In this document: positions 1 through 13,689 of the stretch, in pieces
How positions within the stretch are numbered: the first letter of the stretch is position 1
How the letters are laid out: each line of letters opens with the position of its first letter
Assembly (NCBI GenBank): GCA_028534125.1
Contig: CM052850.1
Span: forward strand, 25,792,001-25,856,000
From: Lama glama
Lineage: Eukaryota
Length of the DNA stretch: 64,000 nucleotides
Direction: 5' to 3'
The notes under the pieces: model-generated
What the model was told of the DNA's origin: nothing
Database searches by the model: none
The model's input: only the letters and a program-made list of their open reading frames with translations
Translations under genes and position numbers: made by a program

Positions 1-2557
1 AGGTCCCAGAACCAGCAGTGGCGCTGGGATTTGAAAGTGGTCTGAGTGTCGCTGAAGCCGTGTGTCCCCACCAGGAAGTTCATGCAGAGTGACCTCTGCC
101 CTTTTCCCCCGTGCTTAGGGCACCAGAACGTTGGCCACAGAAAGGGTCACAGGAGGGCTCTGAGAGCCTTCAGAAGGAAGCGTGCGTCCCAGCCGCCGAG
201 AAAAACTAAAGCAGACACTTAGAAATGGAAGTAAAGCTGCCGAGGCCACAGAGAGGATGTTGCTGTGTGAGTATCCTTGTGTGGGAGTCCACCCGAGAGC
301 GTGCTGACCGCCCACGACGCATGGGGCACCACTGTCTCCCAGGGGTGCCTTCCTGAGCCGGACTTGCTGTCTGTCTCCAGCCAGTCTTTGGCTCTGGTCC
401 CTGGGGTCCAGGGTTCACGGCCCCGTCCAGAATGCTGAACAATCCGGTGAAGAGACTAACTTTCCAAGAGACACATTTGTGGAAAAACAGAAGCAGCCCT
501 CTCCCAGAGCAGCCCCCACGCTGGGGCCTTGGAGGACGCAGCTGGCACAGAGCCCTGCTTTCCTGCCCTGCGGGCCGGGGGGTAGCGCGCAGTTCCCTGT
601 GTCCGTACATGAAAGCGTCCCCATCCAGCTCAATTCCGCATAAGCGTCCTCCCCCCAAGTGATGAGAGAGGAAATGCAATATTATTTTAGGACTGGCCTC
701 CGCACAATAGCCAACGAGGCAGAGAGAACAATCCGGCGCTTGTGTCAAACACAAACAGGCCTGTCCGCGCGCCCCGCCTCTGCCCTGGAAGGGGATTTGG
801 CGTCGAGGGCCCAGGCCTTCTGGACAGATGGCCGAGCCTCTGGTCGGGCCCTAGAGCCAGCCACAGCCTCCACGGACCAAGGAGGGGGAGGACGGAGTGG
901 GGACACCCCGCGTGCTTGGGACTCTGCGGAGGGTTCTCCTGGGGCCTGGAGGCGGCCCTGCTCAAGCAGCAGACAGAAAGCAGAGGTCCGCGCCTGGGCT
1001 CAGAGGCCAGAGGGCTCTGTCGTTCCCTTTGAAGGCTCTGTGACGCGGCAGGGCTCTGCGTCTCTATGGAGGGAGCTCCGTCATTGGCTGGGCGCAGCCG
1101 GGGAGCGTGGCCGGCGAGCAGTCTGTGGGTCTGCTGTGCTCCTTCTCAGTCTGAGGGTCTGTCTGCACCACTCTCCTCCCCTGGGGTGGGCGCGGAGTGG
1201 CGCAGCCTCAGGGAGCTCTCTGGCCAGGGACTCCCCCTCCCCCTGCCCGAGAATAAGCCCTCCGTGGAGGTAGGCACAGGCGGCCTCTCCTGGAGCGAGG
1301 GCCGCTTCCTGCTGGGCACCCTCAGACGAGTCGCCCAGCCCTCCAAGCCTCAGTGGCTCTCCCTCGAGGGGGAGCCAGTCCAGCTGGCCCCAGGCTGGCA
1401 GCACAGATCCAGGAGCAAACGCTGAGCCTGTGACACGAGCCCCGCACACAGGCTCTGTCCACGCTTCAGCTGGCCTCAGGGGTCCCGCCCTGGATGTTTC
1501 ACACATAGCGCTCTGAGCGTGTGGGCGTATTGTGACAGTTCCATGTGGTGACAACTGTCTCAGCAGCCCATCTCTCAGATGACAGCTGAGACAGGGCAGG
1601 GGGAGGCCGAGGGAAGCCCAGCCACAGAAGCTGCCCCCGACACTCCTCCCAGCGGCAGGGGACGTTGGCACGGTCACAGCTGCTCCTGCGAGGCCCTCAG
1701 AAGCCTCAGCTGTCTGCTTCATCCAGTCCCATCCTGGGGGCCCACCTCCCCGAGTGCCAGTGGCCCCGGGCAGCGGCGGCTCTGGGTCCTTGGGCAGAGG
1801 CCACAGCTTTTAATTACACTGTTTTCCTGTTTCAAAACTCATACCTGTTCTTTGGTTTCCTGGAAGCTGCCCGGCGGGTCATGGAAATGCCGCCGCCACA
1901 TCGCCAGTCGCCTTCGTTTACGGTCGGAACTGCAATGGTACCCGATCATCTTCGGAAAAGCCACTTGTCCCTCTGAGAATTAATGACACCTGTTCTTTAC
2001 ACAAAGTTTGGAAACTACAGCAAAGCCCAAACAGGAATTTCAAAATTATCCCTGATTCCCTGGCCCGGGGATGCCCACCGCTGGCTCCCTGCAGGGTCCT
2101 GTCCCCCGAGTGTGCAGTCTTCCTGCCTTTCCCTAAAATTAGCACAGACGTCTCCCGAAGCCAGCTTTTCACACTGACACACGAGGAACGGGATTCCGGT
2201 GCTTTCTGGCCAGAGGCGCTGTTGCGGGTGTTAATGTAGACTGCGTCCGCTGGTGACAGCATGCAGGGTGGGGGAGGGAAGGCGGGACACCACGTCACCC
2301 GAGTCTGATACTCCCCTGGACAAACACATTTTCTGGAAGAACACTCCAGAAGACAGCCACTTGAGTTACCCTTGTTCCCTGCCCTGGCCAGCTGCAGGGA
2401 ATCTGTGTGTTTTGAATCCTTGACAATTTGCTAAAGGAAAAGTTACCATGTTATGTCACTCCAATGCCCCATCCGTGGAAGCCGCGTGCTGTGCATCCGC
2501 TGCTGTATTTCTTGCTCAAGTCACCTCTTTGTGTCACCGGCCGTTTCTCAGTCCCCA

Positions 2558-2970
2558 GTACCTTAGTTTTTCCAAGACTGCCGTAACACATGGCCACAAA
2601 CTGGGTGGGCTGAATCACCAGAAATGTATCCTCTCACAGTCTGGAGGCCAGAAGCCAAAACCCAGGTGCGAGCAGGGCCATGCTCCCGCCGGGGCCCGGG
2701 AGGGTCCTTCCTGCCTCCTCCAGCCTCCGGGGGCTCCAGGCCTCCTGGGCGCCAGTGTCATATGACTCTCTTCCCTGAGTCTGCATCCAAAGCTCCCTCC
2801 CCTGATAAGGACACCAGCCATTGGGTCCAGGGTGCATCCTACCGCTATCCCATCTCATCTTAACTTGATCACATCTGCAAAGGTCCTGTTTCCAAATAGA
2901 CCCATTCACAGGTAACTGGCAGTTAGAATTTGAGCATATCTTTTAGGGGGATACAACTCACCCCACTACA
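2558..2970 (-). mobile_element. MLT1-family (ERVL-MaLR) solo LTR
   Basis: Characteristic blocks: ctgccgtaaca..cacaaactgggtgg, tcacagtctggaggccagaag, aaggacaccagccattgg, ctcatcttaacttgatcacatctgcaaag..tttccaaata, ending ccactaca. Confidence 0.8.
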
Positions 2971-3868
2971 CTTTCCTTGTCTCTTGGTGAATTAAAGACG
3001 TCTCTAAACAGAGCTCTCTTGAAAGCTGCACTGTCAGGTCTGAGAAGGACTCAGAGCGGGGACCCAAGACTCCAGCTCTCAGGTGACCACGGGCTGAGAA
3101 CTTCAGGTACTGCCCTCTCCCTGGTCTCCACCTTCTCCAGGAGAGACAGGAGTGGACAGCGGGATGATGTCTGTCCCCCTTGGCTGTGTCCCTGTGGCTG
3201 AAATGGTGCTGGGCAGAGGGTGTCCCTGGGTGTCTGCAGAGTCCAGCCCTCCCCTGCCATGTCCTGGGTTGTGTAACAATGAGGCGCCCAGGGTCCACAC
3301 TGGGACTTGATGCTTGTTCTCAGTGAAGCCCATGCATTTGCTGTGCTTAATTTGTCGGTCTTGGAGGCGTAGGTGTGTGTATCCTGGGATGTTGGAGGCG
3401 CTCACACACACACATGCAAATACACACAGAAGTGACCTCACGTATATGTTTCTGCACATGTCAAATGTCCTTTCGTTGTTAATGTCTGGGTTAGGGCATT
3501 GCCAAGACAAGCTTTGTTGAAACAGTGGCAGAAAATACAAATATCTGAAGAAGGAAGAAGGAGCTTGTGAAACCGTTTGCTGTAAAACAGAAATGGTGTC
3601 AGGAAACCTTCAACCCAGAAAGACCCATTAGGGATCACTCGGTTCGACCTCATTGTTTCACAGATGTAGAAACCAGAGCCCACAGACGGAGGTGTTGGGG
3701 CCAACATCACTCAGGACACGGGTGCCTGGCCTGTTCCTGCTGCTGAGAAATCTCCTCTCACACCCACATACCTGCTGCCCACCCAGAGGGCAGCACACCT
3801 GTGAGCACTCCCGTGGTTCAAGCAGGGAAGGCAGAAAATAGGGTCATTCTTTGACGGATAGAATTTGG

Positions 3869-4592
3869 NNNNNNNNNNNNNNNNNNNNNNNNNNNNNNNN
3901 NNNNNNNNNNNNNNNNNNNNNNNNNNNNNNNNNNNNNNNNNNNNNNNNNNNNNNNNNNNNNNNNNNNNNNNNNNNNNNNNNNNNNNNNNNNNNNNNNNNN
4001 NNNNNNNNNNNNNNNNNNNNNNNNNNNNNNNNNNNNNNNNNNNNNNNNNNNNNNNNNNNNNNNNNNNNNNNNNNNNNNNNNNNNNNNNNNNNNNNNNNNN
4101 NNNNNNNNNNNNNNNNNNNNNNNNNNNNNNNNNNNNNNNNNNNNNNNNNNNNNNNNNNNNNNNNNNNNNNNNNNNNNNNNNNNNNNNNNNNNNNNNNNNN
4201 NNNNNNNNNNNNNNNNNNNNNNNNNNNNNNNNNNNNNNNNNNNNNNNNNNNNNNNNNNNNNNNNNNNNNNNNNNNNNNNNNNNNNNNNNNNNNNNNNNNN
4301 NNNNNNNNNNNNNNNNNNNNNNNNNNNNNNNNNNNNNNNNNNNNNNNNNNNNNNNNNNNNNNNNNNNNNNNNNNNNNNNNNNNNNNNNNNNNNNNNNNNN
4401 NNNNNNNNNNNNNNNNNNNNNNNNNNNNNNNNNNNNNNNNNNNNNNNNNNNNNNNNNNNNNNNNNNNNNNNNNNNNNNNNNNNNNNNNNNNNNNNNNNNN
4501 NNNNNNNNNNNNNNNNNNNNNNNNNNNNNNNNNNNNNNNNNNNNNNNNNNNNNNNNNNNNNNNNNNNNNNNNNNNNNNNNNNNNNNNNNNNN
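3869..4592. other. N block (724 nt), assembly gap or masked tract
   Basis: Run of N; the right flank begins tgatggtgg, suggesting a simple repeat. Confidence 0.95.
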
Positions 4593-4604
4593 TGATGGTG
4601 GCAC

Positions 4605-4770
4605 CCACAGGTTCTGTGTCAGGCATTCTCCTAAGCACTTTACATACATCATTTCCTTGAAATATCATGACAACCACTATATATTATCCCCGTTTTTCAA
4701 AGAAGAAACCATTTTCAGAGAGAAAATGCCCCGTGTCTAAAGTCACCCAGCTGGCAGGTGGCAGGGCTGT
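4605..4770 (-). mobile_element. MIR SINE
   Basis: ctaagcactttacatacatcattt..attatccccgtttt..aagtcacccagctgg. Confidence 0.65.
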
Positions 4771-5054
4771 CCTCCTCCACTGCCCACAGTCACTCTCTGC
4801 TGGAGATGCAGCAGCTCCCTGGTGTATGGATCGAAGGGGCGTCTCACTGTGACGAGGGGCATGTGTCACGACTTTGGTGGGGAGAAAAATGAAGCAGGAC
4901 AGGGGATGTCAGGCTTGCAGCCCCTGTCTGGAGGTGGACAGAGGGAGGTGGACGGGGAGGCCATGCAGAGGGTTCCTCTGAGCTCCATGGTCTCAGTGCA
5001 GAACGTGAAGCCCCCCAGGAGAGCTGGTCCCTCCCCAGTTGGGCCCTAAGCTGT

Positions 5055-5130
5055 CTCTCCCTCTCTAGGCCTCCGTCTCTTCATCTGTAAAATGAAGAAG
5101 CTGGACCAGACCATTCCCAAGAGTTTTTCT
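5055..5130 (+). mobile_element. MIR SINE core
   Basis: ctctctaggcctccgtctcttcatctgtaaaatgaag. Confidence 0.65.
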
Positions 5131-5439
5131 GGCACTGCGATTCTCGAATGCACTGTACAATTGCCCATGTCACATGGTCACACTCGTATTAAGCACAGAG
5201 GGCACCCTGGAGGAAGAGAATCCTGAGCAGGTTTAAAAGAAAGAGGGGGCTTCATGTGACAGACAGGAGAGTGTCTCAGACCGAGGGTCGGCCATGTGGT
5301 GAGGAGTGAAAGGATGGATTTCTGCCATCATGGACGTAATAGAGCACTGGGTGGGGTCAGGCATCGTCTGAGGTGGGAGGTACCCAAGTATGGTTCAGGC
5401 CTTGTGCACAGACAGGTGTCGGACAACGTGTGATGAGTG

Positions 5440-5720
5440 CATGCCACAGTCTAAGGGTCTACAACAGGGCTTCAAAGAGGAGGTAGCTCCTTAAGTGGGT
5501 CTTGGAGAATGAATAGGAGTTTGCTAGGCTGGCAAAGTTGGCAGGAGGTGAGGGAAAAGTGAGGTGTGGGAGACTGAGGGGTGTTTTGGGGGACAGGTCG
5601 CAGCTCACTGTGGCCTGAATTGGGGTGGGAAGACACTGAGACTGGGGTGTCGTTGAGGCCAGGTGGGGGCAGGTCTGGAGTCTACAACTGAGTGTACATG
5701 TCAGCCTCCGGGTCCTAGGG
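5440..5720. mobile_element. L2 LINE remnant
   Basis: ggcttcaaagaggaggtag..tgggtcttggagaatgaataggagtttgctagg resembles L2. Confidence 0.5.
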
Positions 5721-6522
5721 AGCCATGAGCGGCTTGTGAGCAGGGGCATGACATGACAGAGTCCGTGCTCTAGAAAGCCCCTGTGGTGCTCCTGGGAGTG
5801 TTTGCAATGGGCTGTTCTGTGATTGACACCGACCCACTTTTGCTACACTGCACAACGCGACTTCGGGTAGCAAACACCGAGTGGGGTACGGTGCTGGGCC
5901 AGGGCACACCGGCTGTGCGTGCAGATGCGCAGGGCATGGTGCCCTGAGTGTTCCATGGCCTGCACGATGCATAAACGTCTTGCTTGTCCCAGTGAACAGC
6001 TGGCAGTGGAGCCCCTTGCGTGGGAGCCGCTCCCACAGACTTCGCCGTGCATGGGCGCCGTGGCGGCGCAGGCAGCACCCAGGGGCTCTGCACAGAGGCG
6101 GTGGTTCTGCCCGGGGCCTCGGCCAGGCAACAGCCTAGACCCTGTGTGAACAGGGTCCAGTGCCCACACCCCTCCACGGGAGGGCTGCCTGAGAGGTGCG
6201 GTTGGGGGTGCCAGGGGGCGCTGGCCACCTGCTGATCCCACCCCCGCCACCGCTGCCCCGGGAGGAAGGGGCTCAGAGGCAGGGCAGCAGCTCCGCTGGC
6301 TGAAGCAGAGAGGTTTTGTAGGTGCGCGTCTGGTTTCCTTCAAACTCTACAAATTCCGGTGGGAAGAGGGAGCAGCCCAGGTGAATTGGATTCAGTGCTC
6401 AGAGCCCGGGCTGCCTGCTCAGCCCCACCACGGGGCCAGGCCACGGGCACTGAGGGCGCGGCGAGCACCGGACGGAGGCCCTGCCCCTGGTTCATGGATC
6501 CTGAGTCCCAGAAACGGGTGTG

Positions 6523-6795
6523 AACACGCACTCACACACTTACACACGTACTCACATGTAAACAGAGACACACGCGCACACTGACACGTGTATACTCATG
6601 CATGTTCATGGCTGTGTGCACCTGCATGTGCACACATGCGCTCTCACATGTACATACTTCTCACATACATGTAAACACACTCCTGAAAACGCACGCATGT
6701 GCTTACGCACACACGCACTTTACACAGATAATCACGCTGGCACGCATACACCCCCACACGCACACACGGGCACACACATGTATCCAGGCACGCAA
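6523..6795. repeat. Degenerate (CA)n/(CACG)n low-complexity tract
   Basis: acacgcactcacacacttacacacgtactcacatg... Confidence 0.85.
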
Positions 6796-9700
6796 AGTTG
6801 AGGTCAGGACACCCACCCCCACCCCCATCCCCATCCCCTCCTGTCCTGGCATCCGTGTTCTCCCTGGAGGAGGCGTCCTGCTGATGGGGCCCCCCCCGGA
6901 GGACAGGCGGCACCCTGGCAGGGCCTGGCAGGGACAGGCAGGGCGCTTCGAGGACAGCCAGGGCCCGGGCCCAGGGCCGCCTGAACGTCCGCTGACGTCC
7001 AGAGAGGGACTTGACTCACTGGGCTAGTTCCAGGCCCAGACCCACCGGCTCCGTGCCCAGACAGGGGCCAGCTCGCCTCTGCAGGCTGGACACTCCCGGG
7101 CAGTCGGAATGCAGAGCCACACGGTCAGCCTGTCCGTGTCTCTTCCAACACTCAGGAATGTCTGATCACTGGCCTTTGCACCCATGAGGTCAGAGAAACT
7201 ATTGTTGGGGCCACGGGAGCAGGTGGCAAAAACAGAAACATGATTTAGGGTTAGAAGAGCTGGCCAGTGTTTTGGCCGGACCGGGATGGGTCAGCCACTT
7301 GGAGAGAAAACGGTCCCAGGGAAACTGGCCACATTTTTTCTAGAAGAATGTTGGAAGTTCTGGTGGCCAGGTATGGAAAAAGAAGCCACTGTACACTGAA
7401 GTCATTCACGGCCAGCGCAGGGGAGGCGTTTACACAGGCCCAGGTGGTGAGGCTCCGCCGTGCACAGAGCCGCCCCGGCTAAAAGGGCCGGTTGTGTCCG
7501 TGCGCCGTGGCCAGTCACCCCGAGCAACACAAAAACACACATCAATGCGCCTTTTACAGCCGGGGCCTTCCTCACAGCCCCTGAAGAAACGAGCGAGCTG
7601 AGCAAAATGTAAATTTGTAGTTATTCCTCAGAGACATAATTATAGGAGAAAAACAAGGACAGCGGCATTTGGAACGGGATGGCTGCCTCCTTTCCTGCAG
7701 CCGGGCTCAGTGTCAGGGGGGCGTCCAGCACAGGGGAGGGGAGGAGGCTGGGCCCAGAGGCCCTGAGGCCCCAAGACCGGAGCTGAAGGCCGCTGTCCCT
7801 CTCGTCCCGGCCCCGGGCCTGCCCCGGGCACTGCCAGTCCTTGGGCCGAGCACAGATATCTCCACCCCAGGCCCTCGCTCTGCGGCCGCCCCATGAAAGG
7901 GCCCATTCATGCACCAGGCCGCTGGCTTGGGTTACCGTGGCCGGGCCCCGGCTCCGCCACCTCTGTTTTCTTTTCATTAGAAGGATTCCCATATTGAGGG
8001 CCCAAGAGAGGCTGGATCCAGGACGCTCAGGCTGAGAATGTAGGGAGGTAAAGGTCCATCCTCTGGTCCCCGCACATTCACAAACGAGCCTGACTTAACA
8101 CACAGATGGGAAACTGAGGCTCAGGCCACGTAGCTAGCAGATGGCAGAGCGAGGGTTTGGACCTGGGCTACCAGCTGCCTGCTGGCCCTGTTGGGAGGAT
8201 CTTGGGAAAGATGGGAGTCCTGAGCCAGTGTGTGGGGCATGGAGGGCTTCCTGGAGGTGGAGGAGCAGGCACTGCGAGGAGGGGATGAGGAGGGCTATCA
8301 GTCCTGGGAAGTCCTGCACTCCCCGACCCTCTGCCAGGGCATGGGTCCCGTGGCCTGGGCTGGGCTCCCGCTGAGCCTGCGGGGCGTGCTCGGCACGTGG
8401 CAGGAGGGCGTGCCCGTGTCTGTGTACAGACGCTCCTGGGGAAGGACGCCCCTTCCTCTCCCTCTGTCTGCTTGCAGACGGACCGCTCAGAAGACAGGAA
8501 GACGGCAGAAACAATCGCGCTCCGGGCGTCTGAGTCACGCCACCGTCAGTCTGGAATGTCTCCTTGGAAAGCGGCTGCCTCGGCTGCGGCCCCACCCGCA
8601 CGGCCACTGCTCAGGCCTCCCTTCCCCTCCGCCCTCCCCACTGACCCATGGTCGCTGCCTCTTCCTTACCCCCAGGCACAGCCGGCCCTGCAAAGGCCCC
8701 ACTCAGCTCATCAAAGCGGCTTCCGCGGGTGCCTGTTGGGGACCTGAGCTGCATGCGGGTGCTGAAGCTGGCGCCGTGCTTTGTGCAGAAGGATCGATTC
8801 ATTTCTGCTTTGTACGGTCCTCGTGTCCTGTAGAGCCCGGGGTTTTTGACCCCTGACGTCAGGTAGGAAGGTTGTAGGTAGGCCCTGGCCCGGGTGCCTG
8901 AAGGGTGCAGAGGAGGGTCGGGGCCAGAGCGGGCCGTCCAGAGCCCTCACGTCCTAGGACCGCTTGCTGCTCCCACCTTGGACACCGCTATTACATCCTA
9001 CAGCTCCAAGACCCCAGACACCGCTAGCCACCACCAGGAGGACCTGGGGCCACCTCGCCACAGGGCCACTCAGCCTTCCCAGCCTCTCAGATCCTCCCTG
9101 GTGGTGGGCATCACTGCTGCCACCTCTGAGACCAGCAGGGAAACTCAGAGAGGCTGCTGACTTGCCCGAGGACACACAGCTGGCAGTGGAGGACAGGGGC
9201 CAGGCCTGCCTCATGCGCCACTTGGCAAATTCTGCCAACATTATGTTCCTGACGTGGCTTCCCTGGACCAACCTTCTAGAAACTGAGGCACACCTTCCCG
9301 GGAGGCCTTGGGTTCCCTGCACGTCCCTATTAGCTGCATCTGGGCTGAAGAGAATCTGCATGGGACAGGGCCCAGAAGCCCCCAGATCAGCATGCCCCGT
9401 CGACCAGCCAGGACCCCTGGGAGCAGCAGGGGGCCCAGAGGCACCTGTGTGAGGCTGGACGTGTCCCCCAGGCTCAGGAGGCCGCTCGCCACCACCACGC
9501 CCTCACCCTGGACCTGTCGGGAGGCCGGCCGCAGGCAGAGATGGTCAGAGATACAGGAGGGGCTCTGCCACTAACTCCCACATCCTTGGACAGCTCCCTG
9601 CCTCCTCCAGCCTCAGTTTCCCCGACTGGCAAAGGGGGTTAATGAGCCCGAGAAGACAAGTGACACCTTTGACCCCAGAAGAACTGAAACATCCGACACG

Positions 9701-10401
9701 GCACCTCAGCCACGGGTCTGGTCCTCGGTCAGAGGTCTCATCCCCTGGGGACCCCGCTGGAGAGGACCCATCTGCTGGGCAGGGGTGGCTGTCGCTCTCA
9801 AGGTGTGAGGCTATCTGGACGGACGGGTGTCCACATGCCAGGCGCTGTCAGTATAGGGCAGGGGCAGCCATGTGACACTACACCCCTGGAATTTGCTGCG
9901 CTCTCCCTCCTCCCGCCCCTGCTCTGGCTTTGGGGCCGCGGTTTCATTTTGACATCAGGCAGAAGTTAGGGGATGACTCAGGAGCTGACTGGCTCTTGCA
10001 GCACGCGCGGGGGGCCCCAGGGGCCTTTACCCCTTGTGGGGGCCAGTAGCAGGCAGCATGGGGGCTGGTGGGGAGCAGGGAAGCCAGGCCCATGTCTGAG
10101 ACTTTGGGAAAGTGGAGTCAGCACCCCTGCCAGGCTATCTCCTTGTGAAGAGTGGAGGCTTGGCACAGCCGGGTGCCTCCCAGCTGTTACTGCTCAGAGC
10201 AAATGGGCAGGAGCCGGGACTACCATGCGGGAGACCCCGCTGGCCACACCCCCTCCACAGAGCCCTGCGGGATGTCCTGGCAGGCAGTTCATCCCCAGAA
10301 GCGGGATGCAGCTCCACGTCCAGCTGTGGGAACTGTGCAGAGGAAGAGAAGGCTGTGGGTCCAGGAGTCTAGACCGCCAGCCACCTGGGAGACTGCTGAC
10401 C

Positions 10402-10535
10402 ACAGGGGTCTCACCCCCCAACACTACTGACATCTGGGCCCAGATAATCCTTCGTCTCAGGGCCGACCTGCACTTTGCAGGACATCAGCAACATTCCTGT
10501 TCTCCGCCTGCTGGATGCCATGGCAGCTCCCCCAC
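10402..10535. mobile_element. MER20 (hAT-Charlie) fragment
   Basis: cactactgacatctgggcccagataatccttcgt...gcaggacat.cagcaacattcctg..ctggatgcca matches the MER20 pattern. Confidence 0.7.
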
Positions 10536-12379
10536 TGAGCAGCGCTGGGTTTCACCCCCAGCAGGTGCGCCCAGAGGACTGGGGCCAGCGCTCAGGGGCT
10601 GTCCGGACTGGGGCCGACCAGGGAGCCGAGTTCCCAGTTGTGCGGGACAGCGGCCCTGGAGCAGGAGAGGCTGCTGTGTGGCCCAGGCATGTTCTCAGCC
10701 CCGCTGTGAAGTGGGGAGGGGTGTAGCCCACCTCCTAGGGCCGTTGGACTCGTGGGCTGGTTCAGCTCCTGAGACTGTGGCTGTGGCAGCAGCACTGAGG
10801 GAGGGCCTCTGCCACTTCTGCACCTGAGAGAGAATTCGCTTCTCACACCCTGGGGCGCTCACATGTGCCACGGCAGGGCACGCGCGCGGGCGCGGGCACA
10901 CACACGCATGCAGGTGAGCTCTGAAACCGTTGCCTTTCTTAGAAACAAGAATAGGCTCATCAAGGAGAATTAGGAAGGAAATACTTTCTGGGAACTCAGT
11001 CTGAGCCAGGGGACCCCGGGCACTAGAAACTTTAGGAAACCAACCTGATTGAAATACTGATTGCCTGGAGGGGGTTCTAAGCCCCTTCCCGTGCCTCCTT
11101 CCATGGAGCGGCACTCCCAGGGCCCCGCGGCCCAGAACGAAGCCACGGAAATGTGAGCTGCGGCTCGGAGCCCCTGAGCGCCCAGCAGGGCCAGGCGGCG
11201 GGGCCTCTGAGCCCCTCGCCCCTCATTCAGTTCAAGTTTTCAAGACAGCTGGCAGTAATTTCTGGAACCTTCTCAGATGCTGTCGTGAGCAGCCGTAGGA
11301 AAATGGACTTCGATTCACAGTGATTTAGCTGATTGTGAATCGCACATGCAGGGCTCAGGGCTGGACCGCTGATGCGGACCCACAGGCCACAGGCCGAGCC
11401 AGCTCGGCCCCTTCACGCATTTCCAAGCCAGTGTGCAGGGCTCTGGGCCAAAGGCCCTGCATTACCTGTATCTTGTTTTACATAATAAAGGAGCTCCTGA
11501 GAGGGTGTGAAACTTGAACTTTGTAGTTAGAGCATGCTGGCAGAACTCAGGGGGGGGGCGGGGGGGCGGTGACGGTGTTCAGAGGACTGGTTCTGAAAGG
11601 ATGCCTTTCTATAAAGAGAGGAATCCCCCAATTTCACTTCTTAGAGGCGCCCTAAGTCCATGCCTTGGTTCGTCTGCTGTGGGGAGGGGCTGCATCTGTC
11701 AGTGGATGCCTCCCGTGCAGGCTACCCACTGATCTTGAAGAGCCCATGTGTCCACACCCAGGACCGGCCTCTCACTCCTTCCTGTCCCAGAATGGCTGGT
11801 GTCACATGCACTGGGCTTTGTGGCTTTGGACAGGTCCCTTGCCTTCTCTGGGCCTCGAGGTCCTCATCTGTGAATGAACCACTGAGCAGATGACCTGTAA
11901 GGGCCCCGCCTGCTCCAGGGTCCTGCCTGGTCCCCATTCCCCACTACCTGTACCCCAGCCTGTACAGCCCAGAGCCTGGATGGGGGCCCAGAGCCAAGGC
12001 ACTATGATTTTAGGGAACATCGCTCTAACTGAAGTTCTCCAAGCAGGTGCCAAGCGACAGTGGCGTGGCCCCCCTGATTCTCCTGGCCAGGATGGCAGGG
12101 GAAACTTTACTGTGTTGATACCTGGGGAGGGCTGGAGAGGCCGGCAGGAATAGAGGCAGAGGGGCAACTGGAAACCACACGGGCACACTTCCGCCAGCAG
12201 TTTGGAAAGTCGTGCAGAATCCAGCCTTCACCTCTGAGCAGCAGCGAGCCCCGCCAGGCTGGGGGTGGGCTGGCAGGGGGCCTGGGCCGGGTTTGCTGGC
12301 TTACAGACCTTCCGCATCAGGACCCATCACTAGGGTGGGTCCCATGAAACAAACACCTAGGAGAAGCGTGCTAAAAATA

Positions 12380-13620
12380 GCTGGGGGGTTGCCGAGCGGG
12401 GGCGAGGTTGGTAACCGAAGCCGACGGTGCCTGGGGACCGACCCGGGGCTGGGCGGAGGGCCCTCCGGAGCACCCAGCCGGCGGCCGGGAGCTCGTCTGG
12501 GGAGGACTTGGCCCGCGCGGCCGACCTGGGAAGCGGGTGGAAGTTCCTTTCCTCCTCTCCCCACCCCGCCCCGGAGGGGCAGAGCGCCGCGCGGGCCGGG
12601 CGGGCCTGCGGTCAGGGATGAGGACTGCGCCTCCGCGCCGCAGAGCGCTGCGCGCGGGCCGGGCGCCGGCGGCCGCCGCTGCCGTTCCGGGAGCTCGTTT
12701 ATATCCACCAGCGCGGCGAGCGGCGCGGGGCCCTGGGAGCAGGAGGTGAGTCTCTGGGGCAGCGCCACCAGCTCAGGCGGCTCCGAGGGGCTTGGGGCTC
12801 GGCCCTGCGGGTCACCTGGCCGCCTGTGCCCCGCCGCATCCCCGCGCCCTCGGTGGCGCGCCCCGGCGGAGCCGGACGGACCTTCCCGGCCCTCGCTGCG
12901 CGGCGGCCCTGCTGCCCCAACCTCACTCCCGGGCCCGGGACGTGCAGCGCTGCAGACGCCAGGGCGCGCCGGGGGCTCAGCTGGGGCCCCGGCCGTCCCG
13001 GCCTCAGCCCTGTGCGGCGCCCTTGGAAGAGCTTGGGCCAGCTCCGCGGGACACTTTGCAAAGTGCAGCCCAAGCGCCCGGAATTGTGTGCCCGCCGGGC
13101 TGCCAAGCAGAGGTTCCGGGGAGCTGGGAGTCCCCGGGCCCGACTGCCAGGAGTGGGGATGCACGGCCGGGGATTCCGGGGGAGCGGGGACTGGGCAGGG
13201 GCGCGAGCGGCCATAGGCCAGCCATTCATTGCAGATCGCAGCAGTCGCCCCAGAGCCGAGCTGCCGCCTCCTCCGGGCTGCCCCCAGGCGTGCTGACCCA
13301 GCGGAGTTCGCGCGGGCGGCAGAGGCAGCATGCGGAGCGGGGTGGGGTCTTTCCGGAACAGGGGCTCCGCACCGCTGTGCTCCTGCTGGGGAGGCCACGC
13401 GGCGCCCCCACCCGGCCCGCACCCCTGGCTGGCTTCAGGCGCCGAGGGAGCCGGGCCAGAGGGACCCGTGGGGACGCGGCGCCGCACGGTGGCATCCGGA
13501 AGGGAAGGCCAGAGGGCTCGCGGGGACTTCCCGTGGCCAGCAGCCCCTGCCCCTGCACCCTCCACCCTGGTGGCAGTAGGGTCGGAGGAACTGGCCCTTG
13601 AGGGCAGCGGAGGCAGGCCG
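12380..13620. promoter_or_regulatory. ZNF469: CpG island, probable ZNF469 promoter
   Basis: Very high GC and CpG density (e.g. gcgcgggccgggcgccggcggccgccgctgccg), GC-box-like motifs (ccccgcccc, gggcgg), and a consensus splice donor inside it. Confidence 0.85.
12450..12745 (+). other. ZNF469: Putative ZNF469 exon 1 (5'UTR); 5' boundary approximate
   Basis: Consensus donor GAG|GTGAGT with GT at 12746-12747 inside the CpG island. The TSS cannot be read from sequence. Confidence 0.6.
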
Positions 13621-13689
13621 TGGGGGACCCTCGCACCCCGGGAGCTGCTGAGATCATTAACCCTTTCTGGACTGGCGCTTGAACAGACA

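Noticed and set aside
3711-4740. ORFs of 270-310 aa (and similar ones at 26305-27732)
   Set aside because: Artefacts of translating N runs
9973-10827. 284-aa ATG ORF upstream of the promoter
   Set aside because: Runs through a MER20 relic and has no domain
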